From NCBI GenBank assembly GCA_001793945.1, contig MGIW01000006.1:202239-266238 (forward strand): a stretch of DNA of 64,000 nucleotides, given 5' to 3'. The notes beneath the pieces were generated by a model. That model was not told the origin of the DNA, ran no database searches, and saw nothing but the letters and a program-made list of their open reading frames with translations. This document shows positions 1 through 9,450 of this stretch, in pieces (the stretch's first letter is position 1; each line of letters opens with the position of its first letter). The DNA comes from Candidatus Wolfebacteria bacterium RIFOXYD12_FULL_48_21. GTDB lineage: Bacteria > Patescibacteriota > Minisyncoccia > UBA6257 > UBA9933. The position numbers were made by a program, and so were the translations under genes.

Positions 1-2
1 TG

Positions 3-854
3 ATCAAGACCGGCGAAGCCGTCGGTATCATCGCCGCACAATCCATCGGTGAACCGGGAACGCAGCTTACGCTCCGCACTTTCCACAAGGGAGGTATTGC
101 GGGAGTCGACATCACCCACGGTTTGCCGCGTGTACAGGAAATCTTCGAGTGTCGTTTGCCGAAAGGTAAGGCGATTCTTGCGGAAGGCGACGGCGTCGTA
201 GAAGAGATCGAAGACAAGGAAGCCTTGAAAGCGATCCGATTGAAGATCATGAAGGGCAAGAAGGAGAAGGTTGTCGAATACCTCGTACCGCGCAGCATCC
301 GATTGTTCGTGAAGGTTGGCGATGTTGTCGAGCGCGGATTCCAGTTGTGCGAAGGAAGTCTCGACTTGAAGGAGTTGTTTGAATATCGCGGCATCGAAGC
401 GGTAGAACGCTATGCGGTGAACGAGATCCAGCGCATCTATGTGCCGGAAGGTAACACGATCAACAACAAACACATTGAAATGATCGTGAAGCAGATGTTC
501 TCGCGCGTCATGATCAAGGAGTCCGGGGAAACCGACTTTGTTCCGGGAGAGGTGATCGAAAAGTCACGCTTCCTCGAGATCAATCGTGAAACTCGCAAGG
601 CCGGCAAGGCGCCGGCGAAGGCCAAACAGCTCTTGTTGGGCATCACGCGGGTATCGCTTTCCACCGAAAGCTTCCTGTCGAGCGCATCCTTCCAGGAAAC
701 CAACCGTGTACTCGTTGCCGCCGCTACGGAGGGCAAGGAAGACCGTTTGCGTGGCTTGAAGGAAAACGTCATCATCGGTAAGCTCATTCCTGCGGGAACC
801 GGCTATCATTTGACGGGAACCGAGGAGTTCCTCGACGAAGAAGTGTTGGAATGA
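3..854 (+). CDS. rpoC: DNA-directed RNA polymerase subunit beta' (C-terminal part, 5'-truncated by window edge)
   Basis: Translation from nt 3 reads [31 protein letters not shown]...[10 protein letters not shown], the conserved beta' C-terminal region; stop at 854. Confidence 0.9.
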   Translation: MKTGEAVGIIAAQSIGEPGTQLTLRTFHKGGIAGVDITHGLPRVQEIFECRLPKGKAILAEGDGVVEEIEDKEALKAIRLKIMKGKKEKVVEYLVPRSIRLFVKVGDVVERGFQLCEGSLDLKELFEYRGIEAVERYAVNEIQRIYVPEGNTINNKHIEMIVKQMFSRVMIKESGETDFVPGEVIEKSRFLEINRETRKAGKAPAKAKQLLLGITRVSLSTESFLSSASFQETNRVLVAAATEGKEDRLRGLKENVIIGKLIPAGTGYHLTGTEEFLDEEVLE

Positions 855-960
855 GGCAGAAACATGAGATTTGAGGTATGAGGTAAGAGGGGTCGCCGCA
901 CGACGCCCCCCCCATAGATTCGCTTTGACATTCATTGAATTATTTAGTACAGTACACACC

Positions 961-1392
961 ATGGAACAGCAAGTAAAAAAATATGAAATCGGGTTTTTGG
1001 TAAGGGAAGAATCCGAAGTCGACGAGATCAAAAACGCGCTCGCAGCCGCCAAGGCCGAGATCGTGTCCGAAGGTCGACTGAAGAAGATTCGCTTATCCTA
1101 TCCTATTAAAAAGGAGACCGTTGCCCATTTTGGTTACTACTGGTTCAACGCTGATACTCAGGCCATCAAGGAGATGGACGCAAAATTGCGTCTTAACACC
1201 AAGGTGTTGCGACATATCATTATCGCCGCACCGCTTGAGCTCAACGAAGAACGGGTAGCCGGAGTACGGGGCGACAAGACCGAAAGGACTCGAGAGCGAT
1301 CAACCGTCGAAAAGCCTGTAAAGAAATCAGCCGATTTCGGAGCAGTCGATAATGCGGTATTAGAAAAGACGCTCGAGGATATCCTCAAATAA
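961..1392 (+). CDS. rpsF: 30S ribosomal protein S6
   Basis: MEQQVKKYEIGFLVRE...HFGYYWF pattern typical of S6; first gene of the classic rpsF-ssb-rpsR cluster; internal ATG chosen over upstream alternative start. Confidence 0.8.
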   Translation: MEQQVKKYEIGFLVREESEVDEIKNALAAAKAEIVSEGRLKKIRLSYPIKKETVAHFGYYWFNADTQAIKEMDAKLRLNTKVLRHIIIAAPLELNEERVAGVRGDKTERTRERSTVEKPVKKSADFGAVDNAVLEKTLEDILK

Positions 1393-1533
1393 CATACTTC
1401 ATGTGTTTGGCGAGCTGCTGCGTTACGGGGCCCCATTGCCGCGGTCGAAGTGCTACTGCACATCTTCCTTGGCAATTTCCCCGTGCCTTGCATCTCATCC
1501 AAACATAAGAACTATGTATAAATCATCCATCCT

Positions 1534-2013
1534 ATGAATTTAAACAAAGTACTCATAGCAGGGCGTTTGACCGCCGATCCTGTGTTGAAGACCACGCCGC
1601 AAGGCCAGTCTGTCGCAACATTTTCCATTGCGACCAACAGCACATGGACCGATAAAAGCGGCGCACGCAAAGAGGAGGTTGAATACCACAACATCGTGGT
1701 GTGGGGACGCCAAGCGGAAACATCTGCGCAGTTTCTTACCAAGGGTTCGGTCGCACTCGTCGAAGGACGATTAAAGACCCGCTCATGGCAGAACCAGCAA
1801 GGCCAGACCGTAAAGACCACCGAGATCATCGCCGATCGTGTCCAGTTCGGACAGCGGGCGGGCGGGGGAGGCGGTATGGCTCCGCGAGGAGGCAATGTCG
1901 ACCAGCCTGCGCACGATGACTTCGGCTCGGGTCCGTCTTCTCTTGAAGAGGAAGCGCTTCCGCAGATCGATATCGACGAAGAAGATATCAAACCGGAAGA
2001 TCTGCCATTTTAA
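1534..2013 (+). CDS. ssb: single-stranded DNA-binding protein
   Basis: OB-fold N-terminus (LNKVLIAGRLTADPVLKTTPQG...HNIVVWGRQAE), Gly-rich linker, acidic C-terminal tail ending DLPF. Confidence 0.9.
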   Translation: MNLNKVLIAGRLTADPVLKTTPQGQSVATFSIATNSTWTDKSGARKEEVEYHNIVVWGRQAETSAQFLTKGSVALVEGRLKTRSWQNQQGQTVKTTEIIADRVQFGQRAGGGGGMAPRGGNVDQPAHDDFGSGPSSLEEEALPQIDIDEEDIKPEDLPF

Positions 2014-2186
2014 CCGATAACTAATAACCAATAACTAATAACGGAATGCGAAATGCATTTCGAGGTGTCATTCCCGCGCAGGCGGGAATCCAGTATCGGG
2101 TGTTCGAGTTCAGGTGTTGATACGCGTATCTACATAATAAGATCGGATATGTGTCCCACTAACCAATCAACTAACTATTTATCAAT

Positions 2187-2393
2187 ATGATGACCAAACA
2201 GTGTTTCTTCTGTTCACAAAACTTAAAAACGATCGACTATAAAGAAGTCGATTTGCTAAAGCGTTTCATTTCGGGCCAGGCTAAGATCATCGATCCGCGC
2301 CACACCGGAACCTGCGCCAAGCACCAGCGCATGATCGCGTCCGCTGTAAAGCGTTCCCGCTTCATGGCTTTGCTCCCGTTTGTAAAACGGTGA
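2187..2393 (+). CDS. rpsR: 30S ribosomal protein S18
   Basis: [43 protein letters not shown] is the S18 signature. Confidence 0.9.
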   Translation: MMTKQCFFCSQNLKTIDYKEVDLLKRFISGQAKIIDPRHTGTCAKHQRMIASAVKRSRFMALLPFVKR

Positions 2394-2399
2394 GCAGAA

Positions 2400-2435
2400 A
2401 CAAAAAAATCGTCTTCGGACGATTTTTTTGGTATA
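2400..2435 (+). terminator. rho-independent terminator after rpsR
   Basis: aaaaaaatcgtcttcggacgatttttttgg: GC hairpin with ttcg loop followed by T-run. Confidence 0.7.
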
Positions 2436-2625
2436 CTGGGCGTATACTTATATGGTCAATTATGTATTGCTAAAGGCATTCGACGCCAAATCAAAGGCGG
2501 AGGAGTTTCGGTTTTTGTTCGAAATGATGGGCCTCGATGTAAAAATTGAAGGCGGCAATTTATTGGTGGCGGAAGAGCATTTACCCAAAGCAAAGGAATT
2601 GGCACAGGATTACTTTAAGGATTGA
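2428..2625 (+). CDS. hypothetical small protein
   Basis: 65-aa ORF only; no recognisable motif. Confidence 0.2.
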   Translation: MVYWAYTYMVNYVLLKAFDAKSKAEEFRFLFEMMGLDVKIEGGNLLVAEEHLPKAKELAQDYFKD

Positions 2626-2800
2626 GGTATGAGGTGTGAGATAAGAGGTATGAGGTGCGAGATATGAGATATGAGGTATGAGCATAAGATATATCTCCCA
2701 TCTCCCACCTCTCATCTCGCATCTCACATCTCCCACCTCTCATCTCGCATCTCCCATCTCCCATCTCCCACCTCTCATCTCGCGTCTCATATCTCACATT
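2626..2800. repeat. strand-asymmetric low-complexity imperfect palindrome (GAGGTATGAG-type units, then CTCCCATCTC-type units)
   Basis: Purine-rich arm 2626-2690 is followed by its approximate reverse complement 2692-2800; ends at the htpX ATG. Confidence 0.7.
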
Positions 2801-2801
2801 C

Positions 2802-3707
2802 ATGACACTATATACGCATAAAGATTCCAATATCAGAAAAACATGGCTTTTGTTCACGATGTTTCTTGTCGTGGTTATCGGCATCGGCTGGTTCTTTTCT
2901 TATCTTTACCAATCTTCCGCCATCTTGTATGGCGTGGTTGCGTTCGCCATCTTCATGAATGTTTTTTCCTATTGGTTTTCTGATAAAATCGTCCTGTCCA
3001 TGGCCCACGCGAAGCCGATAGAGAAAAAAGATCATTTTGAATTATATACCATCGTCGAAAACCTGTGCATTACCGCAGGCTTGCCTATGCCTCGATTGTA
3101 TATCGTGCATGAGGCCCAGCCAAACGCATTTGCCACCGGTCGTGATCCAAAGCATGCGGTCGTCGCCGTTACGCAAGGCTTACTTGATCGGCTTGATCGG
3201 GCGGAGCTTGAAGGCGTCATAGCGCACGAGCTGTCGCATGTCGGCAATCGCGATATGCTGCTTTCGACCGTGGTCGTGGTCCTCGTAGGCTTTATTTCCA
3301 TCATTTCTGACATATTCATGCGCTCCGCACTGTGGGGCAGTTTTTCCCGTCGTGATGATCGAGAGGGCGGGCAGGCGGGAACCGTTTTGTTCATTATTGG
3401 CATTGTTGTTGCTGTGCTTGCCCCGATCTCCGCACAGCTGATGCATTTGGCCATTTCACGCAAGCGCGAGTTTCTTGCCGATGCTTCGGGTGCGCTGTTG
3501 ACCCGTTATCCGGAAGGGCTTGCAAGCGCATTGGAAAAGATATCCAGCTCTGCGACGCCCATGAGTGTGGCGAGCGGAACCACCGCACATTTGTGGCTCG
3601 ATAATCCGTTCAAGGGCCCGCAGAAGACGACATGGTTACAAAAAATGTTCATGTCCCACCCACCGGCCGAGGAGCGCATCAAGGCGTTGCGGAGTATGCC
3701 TTTGTAA
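2802..3707 (+). CDS. htpX: zinc metalloprotease HtpX (peptidase M48)
   Basis: N-terminal TM helices; HELSHV (HEXXH) zinc motif; overall HtpX architecture. Confidence 0.85.
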   Translation: MTLYTHKDSNIRKTWLLFTMFLVVVIGIGWFFSYLYQSSAILYGVVAFAIFMNVFSYWFSDKIVLSMAHAKPIEKKDHFELYTIVENLCITAGLPMPRLYIVHEAQPNAFATGRDPKHAVVAVTQGLLDRLDRAELEGVIAHELSHVGNRDMLLSTVVVVLVGFISIISDIFMRSALWGSFSRRDDREGGQAGTVLFIIGIVVAVLAPISAQLMHLAISRKREFLADASGALLTRYPEGLASALEKISSSATPMSVASGTTAHLWLDNPFKGPQKTTWLQKMFMSHPPAEERIKALRSMPL

Positions 3708-3719
3708 TCAAAAAGATCC

Positions 3720-4379
3720 ATGCAAAAACTCAAATTGGAGATCAAAAAACTCAAGGCGGATATTAGGCAGCTTAAAAAGGAGCTTGTACTTTCCGAACAG
3801 GAGCGATTAGCTTACCAGCGGGTCTCAGAGCGTGATTCGTTGACCGATGTATATAACCGACATGGTTTCATTCGTGAAGCGGAGCGATTTTTGAACGAAA
3901 TGAAAGGAGAGCGACAGCATCCCGGCAAGCGACGATCTTTGGTCGTTGGCAATATAGCAGTCATTTTTATCGATGTGGACGATCTTAAGAAGGCAAATGA
4001 TGTTTTTGGCCATGCGGTCGGCGATCAATATATCAAGTCCTTTGCAGCCGTGCTTACCAAGACGGTGCGATCCATAGATGTAGTCGGCCGCTGGGGTGGA
4101 GATGAATTTGCCATAGCGCTGGTCAATGCCGGAGAGGCTGAGGCACTTAGGGTTGCCAAAAAACTTCAATCGGGGGTTACTAAGATAAAGCTGGGCAAGA
4201 AGACAAAGAATTTTGTTTGCAGTGCAAGTTTTGGATTTATCGCCGTGGATAGTGATTCTCAAAAACGGGTGAACTATAATCTGTTTGACCTGATAGAAAA
4301 AGCTGATAAGGCCATGTATGAGGCAAAGATCAAGCGGGGGAAGGGCGTCATCGTTTCTTTTTCCGATATAATGGAGTAA
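3720..4379 (+). CDS. diguanylate cyclase (GGDEF domain) with N-terminal coiled coil
   Basis: RWGGDEFAI active-site motif, DSLTDVYNRHGF, IFIDVDDLKKANDVFGH. Confidence 0.8.
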   Translation: MQKLKLEIKKLKADIRQLKKELVLSEQERLAYQRVSERDSLTDVYNRHGFIREAERFLNEMKGERQHPGKRRSLVVGNIAVIFIDVDDLKKANDVFGHAVGDQYIKSFAAVLTKTVRSIDVVGRWGGDEFAIALVNAGEAEALRVAKKLQSGVTKIKLGKKTKNFVCSASFGFIAVDSDSQKRVNYNLFDLIEKADKAMYEAKIKRGKGVIVSFSDIME

Positions 4380-4384
4380 AATTA

Positions 4385-4621
4385 TTGCATATGGCTTTTT
4401 CATTTTTTCGCGTCAAATATGTGCCGATCTACACCGTGTTCGATGTAAATAGCGCATGGATCGCGCAGGATACGCTGTTGACCAATGGCATTAAGGCAAA
4501 CATTGAAGTGGAACCGTGTAAACATGCCGAGTTATGCAGCGGCGGGGAATCATACAGCGTGTGCGTTCCCGGGAACGATGCCGAAAAAGCAAAAGAGTTT
4601 GTGTGCAAGAAAATGCAATAA
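4385..4621 (+). CDS. hypothetical protein (DUF2007-like putative signalling domain)
   Basis: 78-aa ORF immediately after GGDEF gene; weak resemblance only. Confidence 0.3.
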   Translation: MHMAFSFFRVKYVPIYTVFDVNSAWIAQDTLLTNGIKANIEVEPCKHAELCSGGESYSVCVPGNDAEKAKEFVCKKMQ

Positions 4622-4624
4622 AAA

Positions 4625-4660
4625 ATCGTCAGCTCACGCTGACTATTTTTTATATAATCC
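4625..4660. terminator. bidirectional terminator between convergent genes
   Basis: aaaaaatcgtcagctcacgctgactatttttt hairpin flanked by A-run and T-run. Confidence 0.6.
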
Positions 4661-4664
4661 CATA

Positions 4665-5201
4665 TCATGCCTCGTCTTTTTTTCGTTTGATCTCTGCCAT
4701 TTCCGAATCCTTGCCGATCAATATCTTGTTCATCTCGGCGAGCTCGTCGTTCCGCTGGCGCATCGCCTGTTCGCGTTTTATGATTTCTGCCTCTGCCTTT
4801 TCTCTGTCCGTTACATCGATCGAATAGAACAAAAGCAGCGTTACCTTATCGCTCTCGTCTTTAATGGGGGATATGATCCCTTCGCACCACTCGTGGTTTG
4901 AGCCTTCTTCCGTGTGCTCCATGACTACGCGTGAGGATACGCCCATGAGACCCTTTTTGAATGCTTCCAGTACATGCGGCCGATACTCCGGCTTGACGGT
5001 GGCGACCCAATCCCATTTTGCAATATCATCCGTATCTTTTATGTCGTGCTCATCCCTGCCGCCCTTGTTTATGAAAATAAGCTTGCCGGCGCTGTCGAAT
5101 ACTTTAATGCAAACAGGAGTCGATTCTACAATCTGTTTGTATTGTGCGAGTTCCTCCTCCGCTACGCGCCTTTCCGGTGAATTGTTGGTTGCGTTGTCCA
5201 T
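4665..5201 (-). CDS. PAS-domain sensor protein with C-terminal coiled coil
   Basis: PAS-like core (STPVCIKVFDSAGKLIFINKGG...EHTEEGSNHEWCEGIISPI), convergent with the GGDEF gene. Confidence 0.55.
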   Translation of the reverse strand: MDNATNNSPERRVAEEELAQYKQIVESTPVCIKVFDSAGKLIFINKGGRDEHDIKDTDDIAKWDWVATVKPEYRPHVLEAFKKGLMGVSSRVVMEHTEEGSNHEWCEGIISPIKDESDKVTLLLFYSIDVTDREKAEAEIIKREQAMRQRNDELAEMNKILIGKDSEMAEIKRKKDEA

Positions 5202-5446
5202 GATAGGGAATTAGGAGATTTGTATTATTATGCATTATTGTATCACATTTTTCCTATTTTTGGGATAGGTGTTTATTTTATTGCCAAAGCCGCCTTTTTC
5301 CCTTACAATACGGAAGTATTTTGAGCCTATGTTATCGGTTATTGGTCATAGATTATCGGTTATTCGGAGGGTCGCATCCAGCCCAAGGCTGGTCCGCCCT
5401 GGGTAGAAGTTGTTATAGGTTATAGGTTATTGGTTATCAGTTATTT

Positions 5447-5533
5447 GGAGGGTTCGCATAGTGGTCGATTGCGCTCGCTTGGAAAGCGGGTATACCGCAA
5501 GGTATCAAGAGTTCGAATCTCTTACCCTCCGCC
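5447..5533 (+). tRNA. tRNA-Ser (anticodon GGA)
   Basis: Acceptor GGAGGGT/ACCCTCC, anticodon loop TTGGAAA, long variable arm, T-arm GAGTTCGAATCTC, discriminator G then CC. Confidence 0.8.
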
Positions 5534-5600
5534 TTCGTCCGCAGTAGCGGACTTCGGCGGACACAGTCCGCAAAGAAGTCTGCGAAGGCGGAATCCGCTT
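5534..5600. repeat. nested hairpin / MITE-related element immediately 3' of tRNA-Ser
   Basis: gccttcgtccgcagtagcggacttcggcggacacagtccgcaaagaagtctgcgaaggcggaatccgc: two tandem GTCCGC/GCGGAC hairpins inside an outer CGCCTTCG/CGAAGGCG stem; shares cgaaggcggaatcc with the MITE core. Confidence 0.5.
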
Positions 5601-5633
5601 GTTGTATCTTTGAGAAAAAAGCATTATAGATTT

Positions 5634-5870
5634 ATGCACACAGTTTACATTTTAAAATGTGCTGATGGAAAGCCATACACAGGTTGTACGGAAAATTTAG
5701 AAGAAAGATTGCAGAGGCATAATAATGGGCATGTTCCGGCCACAGAAAATCGGCGCCCAGTTAAGCTAATTATATACACTGTATTTTTTGATAAATATAA
5801 AGCATTTGAATTCGAGAAGTATTTAAAGTCTGGGTCGGGCAGGGCATTTATAAATAAGCATTTGATCTAA
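5634..5870 (+). CDS. GIY-YIG nuclease superfamily protein (YhbQ/UPF0213-like)
   Basis: VYILKCADGKPYTGCTENLEERLQRHNNG matches the GIY-YIG motif; the 146-aa ORF overlaps the tRNA, so the internal ATG at 5634 is used. Confidence 0.7.
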   Translation: MHTVYILKCADGKPYTGCTENLEERLQRHNNGHVPATENRRPVKLIIYTVFFDKYKAFEFEKYLKSGSGRAFINKHLI

Positions 5871-5957
5871 AGAGAGTCGTCGATGGAGAATTTGTGAAGC
5901 TTGTACTAAGTACTTGAGGAACGCTGAACAACGAGGCAAGAGGAATTCCTCCGCAAT

Positions 5958-5992
5958 AAAACAAACACCCTTAAAGGGTGTTTGTTTTTGGC
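5958..5992 (+). terminator. rho-independent terminator
   Basis: aaacaaacacccttaaagggtgtttgtttttgg. Confidence 0.7.
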
Positions 5993-6070
5993 GGGTAACC
6001 ACTCCACTTGATTTAAATGTTAGAATAATATAACATTATTTATAATAACCAATCATTTTTAACAAACCCT

Positions 6071-6454
6071 ATGACCGCAAAAAGATTTCAGCAAATAAAA
6101 TTGGTTTTCGTGGTTTTGATCGCCATGATCGTCGGGCAATCGATCGTGCGTAATGAATATCTCGTTCCGCTCATCGCGCTTGTCATTAGCGCATTGGTGC
6201 TTATGTATCTGCGCCGAAAGGTCACGGAAGTTGTTACGGACGAGCGCGATCATGCTATTGGCGGCAAAGCCGCGTTTTTAAGCATACAAATATATTCGTG
6301 GATCGCAGTTGTTATCATGCTCGTATTGTTCGGGCTGCGTGCAAGTAACCCCGCATATGAACCAATCGCTACTACTTTGGCCTATTCCACTTGTGCGTTG
6401 ATGTTGATCTATTCGGGATCGTTTCGTTACCTTTGTGGCCGTTGCGATAAATGA
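6071..6454 (+). CDS. small membrane protein (DUF2178-like), partner of XRE regulator
   Basis: Two or three TM helices; overlaps start of downstream HTH gene; DUF2178 assignment is from gene-pair context only. Confidence 0.45.
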   Translation: MTAKRFQQIKLVFVVLIAMIVGQSIVRNEYLVPLIALVISALVLMYLRRKVTEVVTDERDHAIGGKAAFLSIQIYSWIAVVIMLVLFGLRASNPAYEPIATTLAYSTCALMLIYSGSFRYLCGRCDK

Positions 6455-6654
6455 CGCATATGAAAAATCGGATCAAGGAATCAAGGGCAAAGCTGAATAT
6501 GACGCAAGAAGAACTGGCTCGGCGCGCGGGCGTGCGGCGGGAAACGATTGTTTTCTTGGAGCAGGGGAAATACAACCCATCGTTGCAGTTGGCTCACGAT
6601 GTCGCGGTTGCGCTAGGCACAAGCATAGACGAATTGTTTGTTTTTGCCGGGTAA
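6451..6654 (+). CDS. XRE-family helix-turn-helix transcriptional regulator
   Basis: [49 protein letters not shown] is a Cro/CI-type HTH. Confidence 0.8.
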   Translation: MTHMKNRIKESRAKLNMTQEELARRAGVRRETIVFLEQGKYNPSLQLAHDVAVALGTSIDELFVFAG

Positions 6655-6706
6655 TGAGAAACGAATGCGTGACCGTTGCGCTTTCATAGGGTATACTGTA
6701 AGCAAT

Positions 6707-6961
6707 ATGACTCGTTGGCAAAAACTGGAGGTATTTCTTGAATTGCTTATTTTTGGAATAGTCATCGGCATCATCGAGGATCTGATTGCGATCAAGTTCG
6801 CCACCGGCGAGCCGATAACATGGGGTGTGGTTGGTATCGTTGTTTTGGTGGCGATTCCCTTCGCTATTTTAGGGGAGGTCGTTCTCGATAGAATAGACTT
6901 CGCCAGCATATTACAACGCATGTTCGAGAAAAAGAAGCCCGAGGATGACACTATGCAATAA
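6707..6961 (+). CDS. hypothetical small membrane protein
   Basis: Hydrophobic stretches (LIFGIVIGIIEDLIAIKF, VVGIVVLVAIPFAILG); start uncertain. Confidence 0.3.
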   Translation: MTRWQKLEVFLELLIFGIVIGIIEDLIAIKFATGEPITWGVVGIVVLVAIPFAILGEVVLDRIDFASILQRMFEKKKPEDDTMQ

Positions 6962-7014
6962 AGATAGTGTGGGTGTGTCTGGGTCTATTTATTAAATACT
7001 TTCGATTATGAAGC

Positions 7015-7125
7015 TCGGTATGTCATCCCGAGCGCAGTGAAACGAAGCCGAGGGATCTGCAGTAAAAAACAGATTCCTCGACTACTCCGCCTGCTGGCGT
7101 ATATGCTCGGAATGACAATAGTCAG
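7015..7125. mobile_element. MITE-like palindromic element (gtcatccc...ggaatgac family)
   Basis: tgtcatcccgagcgcagtgaaacgaagccgagggatctgcag...ctcggaatgacaa with terminal inverted repeats. Confidence 0.6.
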
Positions 7126-7164
7126 GCTTATGCCAAGATGAGGGGGTTGCGTAATTCAAAGTAA

Positions 7165-7200
7165 ATACATCTTTTATTTAAAAAGGCCTGCATATGCAGG
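7165..7200. terminator. perfect palindrome aaaaggcctgcatatgcaggcctttt (copy 1)
   Basis: Identical copy at 7717-7745; both flank the 7230-7625 gene. Confidence 0.7.
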
Positions 7201-7229
7201 CCTTTTGGGTGCCGGTTGACGGTCCATTA

Positions 7230-7625
7230 TTACTCACCACCGTACATTTCCGCGAACAATCTTTCCATGGTCCAGCCAATGATGACCGCCCGCAGAATAA
7301 ATCTGACTTCGCGCCCCGGTGAAAAGGGCATCCGGGGCGTTTCCTTAAATGAGATCCTTACCCCGCAGAGCATGTATGCCTCTCCGTTGTGATAGATGCG
7401 GATCTCGGTCAACGCATCTTCATCGTGGGGTGTGGCGATCGTTACCCTGTTGACGCCGCCCTCGCGGAGGATGATCCTTGACCCCATTTCGCGGTACTGC
7501 TCATGGTACTTCACCGGAAGGCGCAATTTCCGGTGAAGCGATTTGTTCGCTTCCTCGAATTGTTTCCATAGGCACCTCATCGGGCCTATGCCAGTGCATG
7601 ATGCTGCCCCTATCTTGGTCGTCAT
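7230..7625 (-). CDS. hypothetical protein
   Basis: 131-aa ORF bracketed by two identical palindromic hairpins. Confidence 0.4.
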   Translation of the reverse strand: MTTKIGAASCTGIGPMRCLWKQFEEANKSLHRKLRLPVKYHEQYREMGSRIILREGGVNRVTIATPHDEDALTEIRIYHNGEAYMLCGVRISFKETPRMPFSPGREVRFILRAVIIGWTMERLFAEMYGGE

Positions 7626-7716
7626 GGCTTTCCCCCCCCTATATTTTTTTGTAAAAGTTAAACTGCTTCTACAATTATATTGAACTACTATTTACTATTT
7701 GTCAAGTTTTGTTGGT

Positions 7717-7745
7717 GTAAAAAAGGCCTGCATATGCAGGCCTTT
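7717..7745. terminator. perfect palindrome aaaaaggcctgcatatgcaggccttttgg (copy 2)
   Basis: Identical to the 7165-7200 hairpin. Confidence 0.7.
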
Positions 7746-7764
7746 TGGCGAACACCTCGGTATT

Positions 7765-8304
7765 TCAGTAGCCGAACACCCGTTCCCAGAAGGAAGGTTT
7801 TCCTTGCTTTATTTTTGGGAGCGTGTCGGTTCGCCGGTCGCTTCGCTTGACGCAAAGGTCAGTATACAATTGGCTGGCGTCCAGTTTAAGGATGATTGCC
7901 TTAAGTACGGATTCAATATCGAGTTCCGGTAGGAAAAGTATCGTAGCCCACCGATCACTTGATTTGGTATCGAATCCGCCTATTTTATACTGCTGTATTT
8001 CGCGATCGTAGGAGATAAGGAGCGTACTGGTCGATCTGTTGGCATTGAGCCAGCTGAGCTGTATGCACCATATCCCGCCATCGATAAGCCTAATTGACTC
8101 AATCGCGTTGGGGTATATCTTTTTAAGGCGAATGTTCGTGGGTAACTTTTCGTTTTCACGCGCGAACCAGCACCATAGATCGCGCATCGGAACGATGCTC
8201 ATATATTCGGCGATCCTTAGCTTTTCTTCTCCTGTATCCTCTACTTGTTTCGCTTTTTGTTCCGCCTCCCATCGTTTGTTTGACTCATTTTCTGCCCATC
8301 CCAT
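7765..8304 (-). CDS. hypothetical protein
   Basis: 179-aa ORF; no motif recognised. Confidence 0.35.
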   Translation of the reverse strand: MGWAENESNKRWEAEQKAKQVEDTGEEKLRIAEYMSIVPMRDLWCWFARENEKLPTNIRLKKIYPNAIESIRLIDGGIWCIQLSWLNANRSTSTLLISYDREIQQYKIGGFDTKSSDRWATILFLPELDIESVLKAIILKLDASQLYTDLCVKRSDRRTDTLPKIKQGKPSFWERVFGY

Positions 8305-8463
8305 AGCGGTTCCTCCCGTGTTATGCAGTTATAAATGTTAGTAATGTCTTCTGCTCCTATACTGCTATTTTATTACTATTTTGTCAAACTTGTTTATTTG
8401 TGCAACGAAGAAAGACTTGTCGCTTTTTGTTATACTACAGACATAATCATTTACCTTATCTTT

Positions 8464-8910
8464 ATGACCACTATAGATAACATTTTGAAGAAAATATCGG
8501 AATCATTGGCCGGGGTCGAGTATGCGTTCATCGGCTCGGTCAATTTGTATATTCAAGGGTTCGCCATTGCTCCGCGAGACATCGATATATTAACGACCCC
8601 CGACGGAATCAAGGAGATCGATCGGCTTTTAGCGGACTATCGAACGAAAGACATTTATTTTGATGAAACAGAAGGAAGGAATTCGTTCCGAAGTTTTTAT
8701 ATGATCGATGGTGTGGAAGTGGAAGTGCTGGGAAATGTAAACAATCTGTATCGGGCCGTTGACGGGTTGCTGTATAAGCGGATCATCCCATTCAAGGATA
8801 TGGGGTTGCCCTGCATACCGCTCGAGGATGAGCTGAACGCATATAAAAATATGGGGAGGACCGAAAAGGCGGAAATGATCGAGAAGTTTTTGAAACAGCG
8901 GGCGTTGTAG
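8464..8910 (+). CDS. nucleotidyltransferase-fold protein
   Basis: FIGSVNLYIQGFAIAPRDIDIL fits the minimal NTase motif [GS]-x9-13-D-h-[DE]. Confidence 0.45.
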   Translation: MTTIDNILKKISESLAGVEYAFIGSVNLYIQGFAIAPRDIDILTTPDGIKEIDRLLADYRTKDIYFDETEGRNSFRSFYMIDGVEVEVLGNVNNLYRAVDGLLYKRIIPFKDMGLPCIPLEDELNAYKNMGRTEKAEMIEKFLKQRAL

Positions 8911-9077
8911 GTGTGGACGGCAAGGGACCATAATCCAAAAGAGGCTATTTATGAGTAAAGGCGCGAAATCCATCGGTGATCGGGTCAACCTGTTCGTTTC
9001 AAGCTGGAAGGTGTAATATAGATACATATAAAATTTGGTTTCAACATTGTAATAATCATTTAACCCAATACGCATAT

Positions 9078-9443
9078 ATGAACACCAAAAATATTATTTT
9101 AGTGGTAGTGGGGGCGGTCATCCTGGGTCTGGTCCTATTTTTCTCGATGCGACAAAAGACCGAAGCGCCTACGGTGCCGTCGGTTCCGGGCGCTTCAGTG
9201 GTCAATATCGATAGTTATAAATTCAATCCGAATACGCTGACGGTCAAGAAGGGGGCGACAGTCACTTGGACGAACAACGATGGTGCAACGCACACCGTCA
9301 CCTCAAATGGAGCTACCGGACCGACAAGCGAAATATTGGCTTCAGGACAAACATATTCGTATATGTTCGACACTGTCGGAACATACGCCTATCATTGCAA
9401 CCTGCATCCGTCGATGAAGGGAACGGTCATCGTAACGGAATGA
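9078..9443 (+). CDS. cupredoxin-like (plastocyanin/amicyanin-type) copper-binding protein with N-terminal membrane anchor
   Basis: TM helix followed by beta-rich domain ending YHCNLHPSMKGTV (Cys-His-Met type-1 copper ligand spacing). Confidence 0.65.
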   Translation: MNTKNIILVVVGAVILGLVLFFSMRQKTEAPTVPSVPGASVVNIDSYKFNPNTLTVKKGATVTWTNNDGATHTVTSNGATGPTSEILASGQTYSYMFDTVGTYAYHCNLHPSMKGTVIVTE

Positions 9444-9450
9444 TCCATCC

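Noticed and set aside
2615-2884. 89-aa minus-strand ORF (RWEMGDGRCEMRGG...) across the low-complexity palindrome
   Set aside because: Its translation is a direct readout of the simple-sequence repeat and it overlaps the htpX start.
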